Source: the human T2T-CHM13v2.0 reference genome, Homo sapiens
Direction: 5' to 3' (one strand)
Length of the DNA: 64,000 bases
Assembly: GCF_009914755.1 (NCBI RefSeq)
Contig: NC_060939.1
Below the pieces are notes generated by a model. That model saw only the letters and a list, made by a program, of their open reading frames with translations. It was not told the origin of the DNA and made no database searches. The translations under genes were made by a program, and so were the position numbers. How positions within the stretch are numbered: position 1 is the stretch's first letter; every line of letters starts with the position of its first letter. Below, one piece after another: positions 14,591-26,416 of the stretch.

Positions 14591-15578
14591 GTCAGCAAGA
14601 CTACATCAAGGAAAGCCTATCACAAATCAAAGCCTTGCTTCTCCGTGGGTAGAGCCGCACTCTTTCTTACCTGAACCTGGCAGCGAAGGCCAGTGTACTT
14701 AAGCTTGTAAGTAGAGGAGGGTGGCATCGTTTAATGTAATCAGGGATTAGGTGAGTTGCCATCTTCCCAGCTTCCTCCACAGTAATTATGAGCCTTCACC
14801 CGGCTGTTTGGAATATGTGAACAAAGGAAGTGCTTTTCTTCAATCACTCATGACACACTTAAAAATGTAAAAAAAGCCAATTCCCCTAATATCTCTTTAA
14901 TTCCTACCTAAAATAGCCTGAGGAAATGGATATCTGATGCCGAGTCTTCTTGTATGAAAAGAACAATGCTTAAGACATGCAAATGTCAGGAGAGGCTAAG
15001 GCTGGTGGTTCCCTTTGATCTACAGAAAGGAAATATAAACAAGAATAACTTCCCATCAAAGTGAATTTTAGTGCCTCCTTTTCAACAGCAATTAACATGG
15101 CCATTTCATGATTTATTGTTTAGCTGGAGTGAGTCCCACTCTTTTTTTTTTTAAAGCAGGAATTTGATCTTACACAGAATTCTGGCAGGAATGATAAACT
15201 TCTCTCCCTTCTTCCTTTCCACAACTTGAATCAAAAATACCTTTCATCCCTCCCGTATGCAGGGTCTGGAGCCTCCTGTGTAGGGTGAAGTCTGCACAGA
15301 AATGCAGTCTGATGTTGGTGCAAGGTTGAGTGTGCTTGGATAAGGATGGATATATGGGTTTTGGAAGCAGTCTATAAATCAGCTTTGCTTACAGTAAGCA
15401 GCCATGGCTGTAGAACTCTACTTAAAACTCTTACTCCTCTTTACAAATGTGCTGTGGATGGCAAGCCCAGAAAGGACAAAGTCAGGATGGACCTACAGGT
15501 CAGAAAGAGAAAAAACCACCGGGAAGAGGAAGCAGAGGCCTAATCGGAGCTTCAGCGGCCCTGCTCCAGAAGTCCACC

Positions 15579-16537
15579 TGAGGCAAGAGAATAGGGTCTG
15601 GAGGCAGGGAACCTAAGGCTGATTCACTCTGACTTCCTAGTAAGGGAGGAAACCACCCCTCATATTGTCTTATGCCCAGTTTCTGCCTCCAAAGAAAGAA
15701 GAAGTAAAAACTAAAAGGCAAAAAATGAAATCCACAAGCAGACAGCCCGGCACTACACCCTGGGCCTGGTAGTTAAAGATCGACCCCTGACCTCATCGGT
15801 TATGTTATCTATAGATTCCAGACATTGTATAGAAAAGCACTGTGAAAAGCTCTGTCCTGTTCTGTTCATTCTAATTACTGGTGCATGCAGCCCCCAGTCA
15901 TGTACCCCCTGCTTGCTCAATCGATCACAACCCTTTCACACGGACCCCCTTAGAGTTGTGAGCCCTTGAAAGGGGCAGGAATTGCTCACTCGGGGAGCTC
16001 GGTTGTTGGAGACATGAGTCTTGCTGAAGCTCCCAGCCGAATAAAGCCCTTCCTTCTTTGACTCAGTGTCTGAGGGGTTTTGTCTGCGGCTTCTCCTGCT
16101 ACACTAGAACTAAATCAAAAGGAAAACTCCAACTTTCCACACCTAACTAACAAAAGCCCCCACCCGCTTCTGCATGGAAGATGGAAAATTGAAACTACCT
16201 CTGATTGATTGCTTTCTGCAACCAGTCAGAGCTTGCATAGGGTGTAACCTTTGCAACTTCATTTCAGCTTCTGATTGCAGCCCAATACTTCATTTACATA
16301 GATAGAGTGTACACCAGGTAACCAATGGGAAGCCTCTGGAGGGTATTTAAACCCCAGAAAATTGTGTAGCCAGGCTCTTGAGCCCATGTACTCCCGCGGA
16401 TCCCACCCAGTGAAGTGTACTTTCATTGTCAATAAATCTCTGCTTTTGTTACTTCATTCTTTCCTTGCTTTGAATGTGCATTTTGTCCAATTCTTTGTTC
16501 AAGATGCCAAGAACCTGGACACCCTCCACCGGTAATA
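15579..16537 (+). mobile_element. ERV1 solo LTR MER51A-like, split by LTR2
   Basis: TGAGGCAAGAGAATAGGGTCTGGAGGCAGGGAACC start; gaacctggacaccctccaccggtaata end; TSD CACC at 15575-15578 and 16538-16541. Confidence 0.88.
15641..16103 (+). mobile_element. ERV1 solo LTR of the LTR2 (HERV-E/Harlequin) family
   Basis: TAAGGGAGGAAACCACCCCTCATATTGTC start, CCTGCTACA end, AATAAA at ~16040; TSD CTAG at 15637-15640 and 16104-16107. Confidence 0.88.
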
Positions 16538-17504
16538 CACCTGCTTCCCACTAAGTTTCCTTCCATCCACCACCCTTACCCCACTCTCTACTCCTACCCT
16601 TCCAGGCCTCTGGGCCTGAATAAGCAGAAGTTGCACACTGTGTCAATTATCAAGAAAGCCATGGGAGTTCTTCCAGGATGCCTGTGGGCTCCAAGCTGTT
16701 CAAATCTCCCTTCTCCCCAGAAGCTGGGAGCTGAGGTGTGGCCTAACCCCAGGCTTTTACTTTTTCACTTTCACTTGTTCACCTTCAAACAAACCTATTC
16801 ACATCTGACCTTGGGGCCTGCTTCAGTGCAAGGCAAGCACTGAGGCAGTGTAAGTCATAGAGCCACGAGAAATTCTTTACGCCCTTCTGAGGGCTCCCAG
16901 CTTCCTCATTACGACAAAACACAGGGCCCCCAAGATTGCAGCGTTCAAAGGTGGGCTTTTACGTAGAAGCAGTGAACCAGCCCCAAGGCCCAAATGCCCC
17001 TCCTGCATCTCATCTCCTCCCTAGGGGTCTCTGCTCCCCCATTCCTGCTGCCATCTTCAAATGGGCCCCCGAAGAACATGGTTTCCCCTGTTTTGCGTGG
17101 ACACAGCCCTCTCTCCTTTCCCTTTAGCGCAAGCTCCTAGAGTTTTCAAAGGGACACTTCAAACACTCAGAGAGAGTAAAACGAAAACAAACACTGACCA
17201 TGCAGTAACCACTCAGCGTGAGGTGCTGATGCTGGTGCAAGGTGGAGTGTGCTTGGATAAGGATGGATGTATGGGTTTTGGTGGGTGCTGCCCTCAGACA
17301 CTCTGCCTCTCCTGCGTCTTTGCTCATTTCACCTGCACCGCAAGGACATGGAGTCCATGCCATCCCCGTTCTACAGATAATAAGACTGAGGAATAAGTAG
17401 TGGATCTCCCTTGCTTTCTCTGCTCACCTACTCCTCCTTTCTTCTGGGAACAATATCCCCCTTTTTGGGGGCAGCTTTTCTTTCTCCCGCCTCTAACATA
17501 CAGT

Positions 17505-18050
17505 GAGAGGTGGTGTGGAATTGTGGTAAAAAGCACAACTTCGGACCAAAATTGTCTGGATTTTGTCCAGGTGAAAATGGCCCTATTAAGATATGTTACT
17601 CATAGCATGACCCAACCATGATGGAGTACCCTCATCCACAGTGCTCAGAGGAGCCCTACTCATCCAGGGCACCATAGGTCATTCCCTAACAGTGTCACTG
17701 AGCCAGCCCTCCCCAGGCCCCGCCTTCCACTTCTCACTCAGATTTCTCTGTGTTATCTCTCTGTAATGTGGGATGGCTTTGTTCTCTCAGAACCACTTGG
17801 CCCACACAGTCAGAGTCTCCTGCATCTCACATCTCAGAACTTTGCCTCCAGTGGGGCTTAACCTCCCTAATCTCAGCTCCACAATTTACTAGCTATGTGC
17901 TTTTGAACAAGTCCCTTTATCTCTCTGTGCCTCAGTTTTCTCATCCCTAGAATAGAGCTGATTGTAAGAGTGACGATCTCATGGGGTACCTCATAATGCT
18001 GTGACGAGGATTCAGTGAGTAAATATGAGTACTTGGAACAGTAACTGCTA
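17505..18050 (+). mobile_element. MIR split by a ~300-bp templated insertion (17565-17868)
   Basis: MIR 5' part ends ..gtctggatttt at 17564 and resumes aatctcagctccacaatttactagct..ctctgtgcctcagtttt at 17869. Confidence 0.75.
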
Positions 18051-19349
18051 TAAGTTTGGTTTTTTGTTCCAAACTTCCGGAGAGAACAGCTTATCCTAGT
18101 ACCTAGTGCTAGGGCATGGGACTCATGTGATTAATTAGGGTCTACCCCTTGGGTTTTTCTCAGTGGATCTGGTTAAGAAGAATCAGCCCCTCTCTGGTGG
18201 CAAAGTTCTGAGATGTGAGGTGCAGGAGTTTCTGGCCATGTGGGCCAAGTAGTTCTGATGGAACCAAGCGAAGCAGACAGGACAAACCTCAAGGGTGTTC
18301 CCGGCAGCCTTTGAGTCTACTTCTAGGTGTTTCTGACGTGGGTGGAGCCCCAGAGCTTTCTCCCATCCTGGACCTCACCTTTTATGGAAGTGTAGTACCC
18401 ATTCACAGTAATACAAGAAGCAGCATTTTGATGTCTTCCAGGTGAAAGTGTTCCTATTAAAATATCTGTTACTCATAGCACAACCCAACCCCGATTGAAT
18501 ACACAAATTTACGGTGCTCAGAGGAACGTTACTCACCCAGGGGGCCACAGGTCATTCTCTAACAGTGTCACTGAGCCAGCCCTCCCCTGGCTCTGCCTCT
18601 CACTTCTCACTCAGATTCCTCTATGCTCTATCTCTATAATGTCGGACGGTTTAACTTGGCCATTTGGGCAGCCATTTAAGTGCCATTCTTGATTATTTTA
18701 TAGCTGCAAATTTTACAATGCCAACTTTATATTCCAGTGAATAATTAATCAATTGGGTTTCCAACCTTTGTCTGTGATACTCTTAAAGAAAGGGACAACA
18801 TTGTCCTCGGTTAAGGGGGCTGCTGGTGTCATACTTGGTGTCTTGGGGATAACATTGGTTGGGGATGCGGGGCTTCATGAAAACTAGTGAATATCAGTTC
18901 CACCCTACATGCTTGGGATGCAATTGAGGCTTTTTATTTTCTGGGGCTTTTTTTTTGTTTGGCAAATAATGAAAATACCAAACAAGTTTACACTTACTTC
19001 ATACTTAGCCCCAGGGGAAGATCTATAAAACTTTCAGCTATCAATAGTTACAGTGGAGTATCTACTACTGGAGATAAAAAGTTAATGAGTGTTGCCCTTT
19101 GCACATGGATTTCTACTTGATCTAAAATGCCTGGAAGAATTAGATACACAGCTAAATTCTCAACACCACAATGGCCTCAGTTATAATACCACATACCCTT
19201 TCATTCTTTCTTAGGTGTGTTTGTTTCTGTTAGTTTGGGAATGAGGAATTCTGGCTCCACCACTAATTGTAAAGCCCTGGACAGATTCAGAGTCTAAGAG
19301 CATCATTTAGCCTTTCTCTCTTTTTCTGTCCACAGAGTTCAACAGAGTG

Positions 19350-19575
19350 CAGTGGGAGAAAGCATACAGTTAGAAGTCATGAGACACAAATGCTTCTATC
19401 CTCATCTCTGCCTAATGCTAGCTGTGTGACCTTGGACACATTACTGCCCTCTCCCAACTCAGACTTCCTTACTTCAAAAAAAGGAGTAATAGGAATCATA
19501 ATTCCTACCCACCTCAATGGATTGAAAGGAGCTGATGAATTAATGTATGCAAAAGTGCATAAATAATTGTGAATG
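19350..19575 (+). mobile_element. MIR
   Basis: ctagctgtgtgaccttggaca core. Confidence 0.7.
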
Positions 19576-19591
19576 CTTTATAAGTATGGGA

Positions 19592-19592
19592 C

Positions 19593-19626
<34 letters not shown>

Positions 19627-19640
19627 TCATCATCATTATC
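19592..19640. repeat. (CAC)n(CAT)n compound trinucleotide microsatellite
   Basis: Read directly from the sequence. Confidence 0.95.
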
Positions 19641-19684
19641 TTTATTTCCTCTTGGCCATGGTGTAGAGCATTCCAGTAAGAAGT

Positions 19685-20088
19685 CTGGATCTAAAGCAAG
19701 GTTTCTCAACCTGGGCACTATTGACATTCCGTGCTGAATAATTCTTCTTTGTTGTGCAGTCCTGTCCTGGATCTAAAGCAAGGTTTCTCAACCTGGGCAC
19801 TATTGACATCATTCCGTGCTGAATAATTCTTTGTTGTGCAGTCCTGTCCTGGATCTAAAGCAAGGTTTCTCAACCTGGGCACTATTGGCATTCCGTGCTG
19901 AATAATTCTTTGTTGTGCAGTCCTGTCCTGGATCTAAAGCAAGGTTTCTCAACCTGGGCACTATTGGCATTCCATGCTGAATAATTCTTTGTTGTGCAGT
20001 CCTGTCCTGGATCTAAAGCAAGGTTTCTCAACCTGGGCACTATTGGCATTCCGTGCTGAATAATTCTTTGTCGTGCAGTCCTGTCCTG
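19685..20088 (+). repeat. Minisatellite, 5 units of 79-82 bp, derived from a MER20 end plus flank
   Basis: ATCTAAAG recurs at 19689, 19771, 19853, 19932 and 20011. Confidence 0.95.
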
Positions 20089-20236
20089 TGCATAGTAGGA
20101 TGTTTAGCAGCATCCCTGGCCTCTACCCACTAGATAATGCCTATGGCACCCCCTTCTGCTCGTGACAACCAAAAAATGTCTCCAGAGATTGCCAAATGTC
20201 CCTGGGGGATAAATTACTCCTAATTGAGAACCACTG
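19697..20236. mobile_element. MER20 (hAT-Charlie) with tandemly amplified left end
   Basis: TIR-like caaggtttctcaac / ttgagaaccactg; 8-bp TSD ATCTAAAG / CTCTAAAG (20237-20244). Confidence 0.9.
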
Positions 20237-21209
20237 CTCTAAAGGCAAGCACTACCCCAGCTAAGAGATGGAAAGAGGGAAGGAAGTAAGGGTCACGTTA
20301 TTTAGGCAACATGGCAACTGCTCTCCTCTGGACATGTGAACAAGAATCAGAAAAGATATGAGCCCCTGCATCCCTTTGCTCCTCTTATATCCTTTTGTGC
20401 CTTTTCCCAAATACTCTTGCTGTATCATAGACATCATCAGCCCAGTAACTTTTGACTCCCGTTGCCTCTGCCAAATAGTCCCCACATTTATACCTCGCCC
20501 TTTGCATGGACAATGTACCATCCACTTTTTCTGGTGATCTACTCTAGCAGCCCAGAACTAGGAATCAGAGTATATGGTACAGGGATTCCTGGCTCTTAGC
20601 AATGTCATGGGCAACTCTAGTATCTATACAGCTGGGAAGGACTCAAACAAAAGGGTTATTAGGGGAATTCAACTTCCACCTTGATAAAGCCGCTAAACAG
20701 GTTACCAGCCTCCTGAAAAGCCAATATGGGATAAGCACAGAACTTACCACCGTGGAGTCCTCTCTGACTTTTTGTCCTGCTTGGTTCTCTCCCCAAAGAT
20801 GAGTGCCCTCAAAAGACCCCAACCATTTCTCTTCCTTTGAGAATCTTATCTGTTGTGCTCCATCTTGTCTAGATTCCTAAACTTGCCCTGCAGAGTTACC
20901 CTCTCCTTGCAACCAGCCTGACCCATCCTGCAGATCCAAGATGCCTCTCATTCCACCTCCAGGAATTTTGCCTAATCTCACTCCTAGCCAAGAGCCCCAC
21001 AGTGCCTGGGCCTCCTACCTTTTCCCATCTCCTTGCCGAGAAAGGAAATAGAATATCTATGGTACTTTAACAAGAATAAAGGATTTGAAAAATTGAAGTA
21101 CTCAGAGACACTATTTCACCCTTCAGCACATCACCTTGCTTCATTTATTTGTATTCTTATCTAATCCCTGTCTACATGCAAGCATAGCTTACATGCTTAT
21201 TAAGGTATA

Positions 21210-21432
21210 TAGATACTCCTCGACTTTCAATGGGTTGTATTGTGATGAACACTCATAAGTTGAAAAATATTATAAATGAAAATTGCATAGCTATCTGGGA
21301 GCTACAGCTTGCTGCCACTGCCCATTGTCATGAAATAAGTGTAATATATTTCTACTGAAGGAGTATCACTTTCACGCCATCCTAAAGTCAAAAAATTATA
21401 AAGTTGAACCACTGTAATTCAGGGACCATCTG
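21210..21432. mobile_element. Tigger-family MITE (MER47/Tigger5-like), internally deleted
   Basis: agatactcctcgact start, gggaccatctg end, TA flanks. Confidence 0.75.
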
Positions 21433-21439
21433 TAAATAT

Positions 21440-21910
21440 AATTGTTTGTCCTGTTTTTTCATAGTCAATTTTATATCATAAGCATTTTCTATTTTGCTTT
21501 AAAAATTACCATTGTAATAACCACCTAGGTCTCCATAGAGTGGTTATAAAATTCTTTATGTGACCATTTTTCCAAGATTTGGTCTGTTCCTTTATTTCGT
21601 ATTAAAGTTAATTCTGCAATCAACATTTAACATCTTCCATAACTGAGAATTTTTTTCTTCTAAACTATTTCCTTGGGGTAAATTCCCAGAAGAAGGATTA
21701 ACATTCAAGGATATACATGCTTTATAACCTTAATATAGATTGTCAATTATTTACCCAAAGGATTGCAAGATAACCCTGACATGAGCAATACTGGAGAAAT
21801 TATTTTATCACAATGATGCCATTATTTTTACTGTTTTAATAGTAGAGTACTGTTTGTGATTCTTTTCATTTCCATGTCTTTGATTGCTCTTTAAGACCAA
21901 TATTTACCTC
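21440..21910 (-). mobile_element. Old L1M (L1ME-like) fragment
   Basis: tatttccttggggtaaattcccagaagaaggatta; atagattgtcaatt. Confidence 0.6.
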
Positions 21911-22529
21911 TCCATGAATTTTGCAGTTCACCTGAAGAGCTCTTGGGAAGGACAGAGGAAGGAACCAATGTCCTGAGTCCTGCTCCAAGCCACTCAGAAT
22001 TCCACATTAAGTGTTCTGTCACATCCTTCCTTGGCCTTATCACTGTCTGTGTTTAGTGGTGATTACTTTGATATCTGTCTTTCACCTCAGCCTACCGTCA
22101 AACACCAACTTGCTGACACCTGACTATTATCAGAACCTCAAATTCCTCATGCTTTCATATCCAAGACAACTTAGCTCTGCCCAAGACTTATACATCCAAA
22201 CCCATAAAGGCTCAAAGGCTTGATAGTCCCCACAGGTGAAAGACCCAGCAAACATAAAAGGTAGCTAGCAACGGCATTTTGAGACTTAAAGTTATTGACC
22301 CTTGGGTCACACCCTTTACAACCTAAAGTTATCAGTCATACTCCTGAACAAACAGAGGCAGTCCACAGACTCCTGGTGAGGAAATTTTCTCTATCTTATC
22401 ATCAACTTCTATTCCTGAAGATAATCTGTGTATAATCTCTTCGTCGTCACCTAAGGAACCACATGGAGAATCTGTACCTTGCTTCTGATAGATTTAATGA
22501 TGCTTTCCTTCTTGTAGATGTAAAAACAA

Positions 22530-22700
22530 CAATAGTAATAAAAGCTAACACTTCTGTAGCTCAAATTACATGCCATGTGCCATTCTAAATGTTTCACGTA
22601 TATTAACTAATTTAGTCCTCCCCAAAAAACTATATGAGTTAAGTATGATAATGATCCCTATTTCACAGGGGAGGAAATTGAGGCACAAAGAGTATCTGGA
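22530..22700 (-). mobile_element. MIR
   Basis: ccctatttcacaggggaggaaattgaggcaca. Confidence 0.75.
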
Positions 22701-23449
22701 GCCAGAGCCTGTTCATAGCACTCTGCTTTGGGCTCTGAGGGCCATTGATGACTTGCAGCTGGTAAGACACTGGGCCTAGAGAGTACAGAGGAGGAGCATG
22801 TGGAGGCCAAGGGACTCCTCGAATGCCTCACTCTGCCCATGCACAGACCGACTCTGTGGCCGGCTCTTTATGCAAGGCCATTCAGGAGAGGCACATGCTC
22901 ATAGCCACAGTGGGCTCCAGCCTTTGCCCATTCTCAGATACAGGTTTTTGTAAACACACTAATGTCCTATTTCTCTTTGTCAGCTGATGATAAGGTCAGA
23001 ATGAATGTGGTAGGATAATGGATCTTAGTCAATACTGCACGGGAGGCACATTTTGCTGGTCCTAATGCTTCCTTAAAAATCAATTCCATTGGCTTTAATA
23101 GAATGTTCTCATTAAAAATATATGAGGCATGCTGAGTGCCATATGAATGGAAAATAAACATTATGAAACAAAGTCAGTGATGGTGCTGAATCTACTCTTT
23201 AATGGCTTCTGTTTTTCTCCAAACTATTAGCCCCTCACTCTGATTACTGCTAATTAATTACTATTTATCAGTGCAAGAACTGACAGCATCACTATCTGAA
23301 TGGCAGGACCACATACCAGAATAGACACTAGGTCTTTGTGGGGAGTCTGAGCTATGCCACCTGGCACAGGTCCCTGAACATCTCTGAGCCACATGCTCTC
23401 CTTTATGAAGCATGGGTGATTAAAAATTCCCTAACTGGAAAGCTTAGGG

Positions 23450-24390
23450 CCACACAAAGACTGCATATGGGTATCTATAGCAGCTTTATTAATAACTACC
23501 AAAACTTGGAGGCAACCATGATGTCCTTTACAGGTGAATGGATAAATAAACTTTGGTACATCCAGACAATTGATTATTACTCAGTGCTAAAAAGAAATGA
23601 GCTACCAAGCCATGAAAAGCCAGGAAAAAGACACATGGAGGAAATTTAAAGGCATATTACTAAGTGAAAAAAGCCAGTCTGATACATACTATAAGTTTCC
23701 AACTAGCTGACCTTCTGAAAAAGACAAAACTATGGAGACAATAAAAAGATCAGGCCAGACGCCATGGCTCATGCCTATAATCCCAGCACTTTGGGAGGCT
23801 GAGGCGGACAGATCACCTGAAGCCAGCCTGGCCAACATGGTGAAACTGTCTGTACTAAAAACACAAAAATTAGCTGGGTGTGATGGCACACACCTGTAGT
23901 CCCAGCTACTCAGGAGGCTAAAGCAAGAGAAATGCTTGAACCCAGAAGGCGGACATTGCAATGAGCAGAGATTGTACCACTGCACTCCAGCCTGGGAGAC
24001 AGGGTGAGACTACATTTCAAAAAATAAAAAAAAAGATCAGCAATTGCCATGGGTTGGGGCAGAGGAGGGATGACTAGGTGGAGCACAGAGGAGTTTTAGG
24101 GCAGTGAGACTACTCTGTATAATACAATAATGAATACATGTCATTATATGTTTATCCAAACCCATAGAATTTACATCACCAAAAGTGAACTCTAATATAA
24201 ACTATGAACTTTGAATGACTAGGATGTGTCAATGTGGGTTCATCAATTGTAACAAATGTACCATTCTGGTGGGGGATGTTGTTAATGAGGGAGGTTGTGC
24301 ATGGGGGGATAGAGCATATAGGATATCTCATGCCTTTCTCAATCTTGCCATGAACCTATAACTACTTAAAAATTTTTTTCTTAAAAAAAA
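23450..24390 (+). mobile_element. L1MC-type 3' region (Alu inserted)
   Basis: gaatggataaataaactttggtacatcc; ccaaacccatagaa; tgtaacaaatgtaccattctggtgggggatgtt. Confidence 0.85.
23753..24029 (+). mobile_element. Alu (AluS-type) with a small internal deletion
   Basis: TSD AAAAAGATCA at 23743-23752 and 24030-24039; lacks the ggtcaggagttcg segment. Confidence 0.95.
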
Positions 24391-26249
24391 TTACTGTAAT
24401 TTCATTTAAGTCTCTGTGAGACCCAGATGAAATCATGGATTTGCAAGCCCTGCTTCCACCCTCACTAACTCTGGAATTTTTGCAGATGGCATACCTGTGT
24501 GAACTTCAGTTTTCTTGTCAGTGAAATGTGGGTTAAAATCATGGGGTTGATGGGGGAATCAGGAAGGTGTAGATGTGGACATAGTTTGTAAACCAGGATG
24601 TGTTTCAAATACATAATAGATGACCCCTGCTTCTCTTTAAGTTAACAGATTAAAAATATTAACTAAGAAAAGAATGGAGACCCTTCCTGTTCTCATAGTA
24701 TCTCTTCTTTTTTCTTCCCAAAGGTGAGGTACTGGTGCCCAAAACCATCCTTCCTTCCCCCATTGAGAGACTATTTTCTTCCAAGGTGACACAGAGGTAG
24801 AGCTACCTCATGAATGTCCAACTGGCACTGACCAAATATTTTCAATGACAAATGGTGATGTGAGTGCACCACATGGGCTTATGATGGTTTATACCTAAAA
24901 TAGGGCATCCATGTGTGGCTGGGCTGTGTCGTTTCAGTTCCACCAAGAAGCAGATATTTACTGGGGGGTGGAGGAGGAGTAAGACCAGTGAAAGAAGCAG
25001 GGCTGGAGAGAGAAAGCCTCCAACTGCCATGCAGGGCACACAAAACCTCTGCCCATCCAATGGGGAGCTCTTCAGAAGATCGCCCATAGGAGCCCTGTAT
25101 GGGGCAGAAATGGCCAGGCCTCAGTCCCCATGCCATGTTCCATCATTGCCTAAAGGCTGCCAAGTGGAAGCATGACCTTGGCTAAGTTGTTGCAGCAGAT
25201 TCTGAAGCAAGGTGGCCATTCTGGCTGGAGCAATGTAAAGTAGCAGAAGAGTAGTAGGAGAAGACGTCAGAAAGAGAGTGAGAGGCCAGCTCAAATGGGG
25301 CCTTGTCAACATTGTGAAGACCAGCATTTACCCTGTTTGAGATGAAGGCCTCAGGAATTGCTTTGTGGTAAGGCCACAAATTTCTTGTATATTTTGTTTT
25401 TCCTGAAAATAGAATTTTTTCCTTCTTGAAAAAAGATATCTGTGTTTTTCCTAACAGTTTTTTTTCTATATATTGATTGAATTCTTTTCTCATTTTTGGA
25501 GGCATTGTTCTGGAGCCCACTTAATTCTGACTAGAAAAAAATTGTTTCCTCAGCCTGCAGTACAACCATTATCCTGGGATTTATTTTCTTCACATTCACA
25601 GGTTGCTTTATATTATTTCTTATGTCTCACATCATCCTTTTCTTTGGCTTTTTGCTCATTTTGCTGGAACATAGTATTAAATAACTTCTTCAGAAATAGT
25701 GCACAGGAGATAACATTTCCCACTATTTGAATACCTGAGATTGTTTTTATTTTACCTCCTCTTTCGGATGATAGTTTCAGTGGGTATAAAATTTAAAGTT
25801 CAAAATCAATTTTCCTCAAAACATTGAGAACCTAGTTCCAAGGACTCCTAACAACCATTTTCATTTGTGGGAAATATGATTTAATTCTTATTTTTGTTTT
25901 TGCAAGTGACTCGTGTCGACTCTTGAAAATTTTTGAAACCTTTTTTAATACATGATATTTTTAAATTTCCCAGTCTTGCTCCTAGGTGAAGATTTTGTTG
26001 TTGTTATTGTTCTCTTTTTGCCGGAAATGAGGTGAGTCCTCTTGATTTCAGTACTTCTATCTTTCTTCAATTCAAAACCATACCAAATGTTTGTTCTTGC
26101 TTCGAATCTTATAGATTAGTGATAAAATATGTGATACACTTCTCTGTGGTGTTTGTATCATTGACAGATCACTGTCTTCTAACTCTTTCTTACCTTCTAG
26201 TCATGTATGTAGTGTACTTTTCACTTGCACCATATTGCTATTTAATTTT

Positions 26250-26416
26250 ATTTTTTAACTTTTATTTTAGGTTTCAGGGTACATATGAAGGTTTGTTACA
26301 TAGATAAACATGTGTCATGGAGGTTTGTTGTACAGATTATTTCCTCTCCCAGGTATTAAGCCCAGTACCCAATAGTTACCTTTTCTGCTCCTCTCCCTCC
26401 TCCCACCCTCCCTGCA
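26250..26416 (-). mobile_element. 5'-truncated old L1PA/L1PB 3' end
   Basis: ggtttgttacatag..cccaggtattaagcccagtacccaatagtta; TSD CTATTTAATTTT at 26238-26249 and 26417-26428. Confidence 0.85.

Noticed and set aside
15300-18650. One ancient ~0.9-kb tandem array explaining both duplications
   Set aside because: The shared segments do not recur in register and have different identities (about 94% versus 80%)
19685-20088. CRISPR-like appearance of the regular ~80-bp array
   Set aside because: Whole units repeat with no unique spacers; eukaryotic MER20-derived minisatellite
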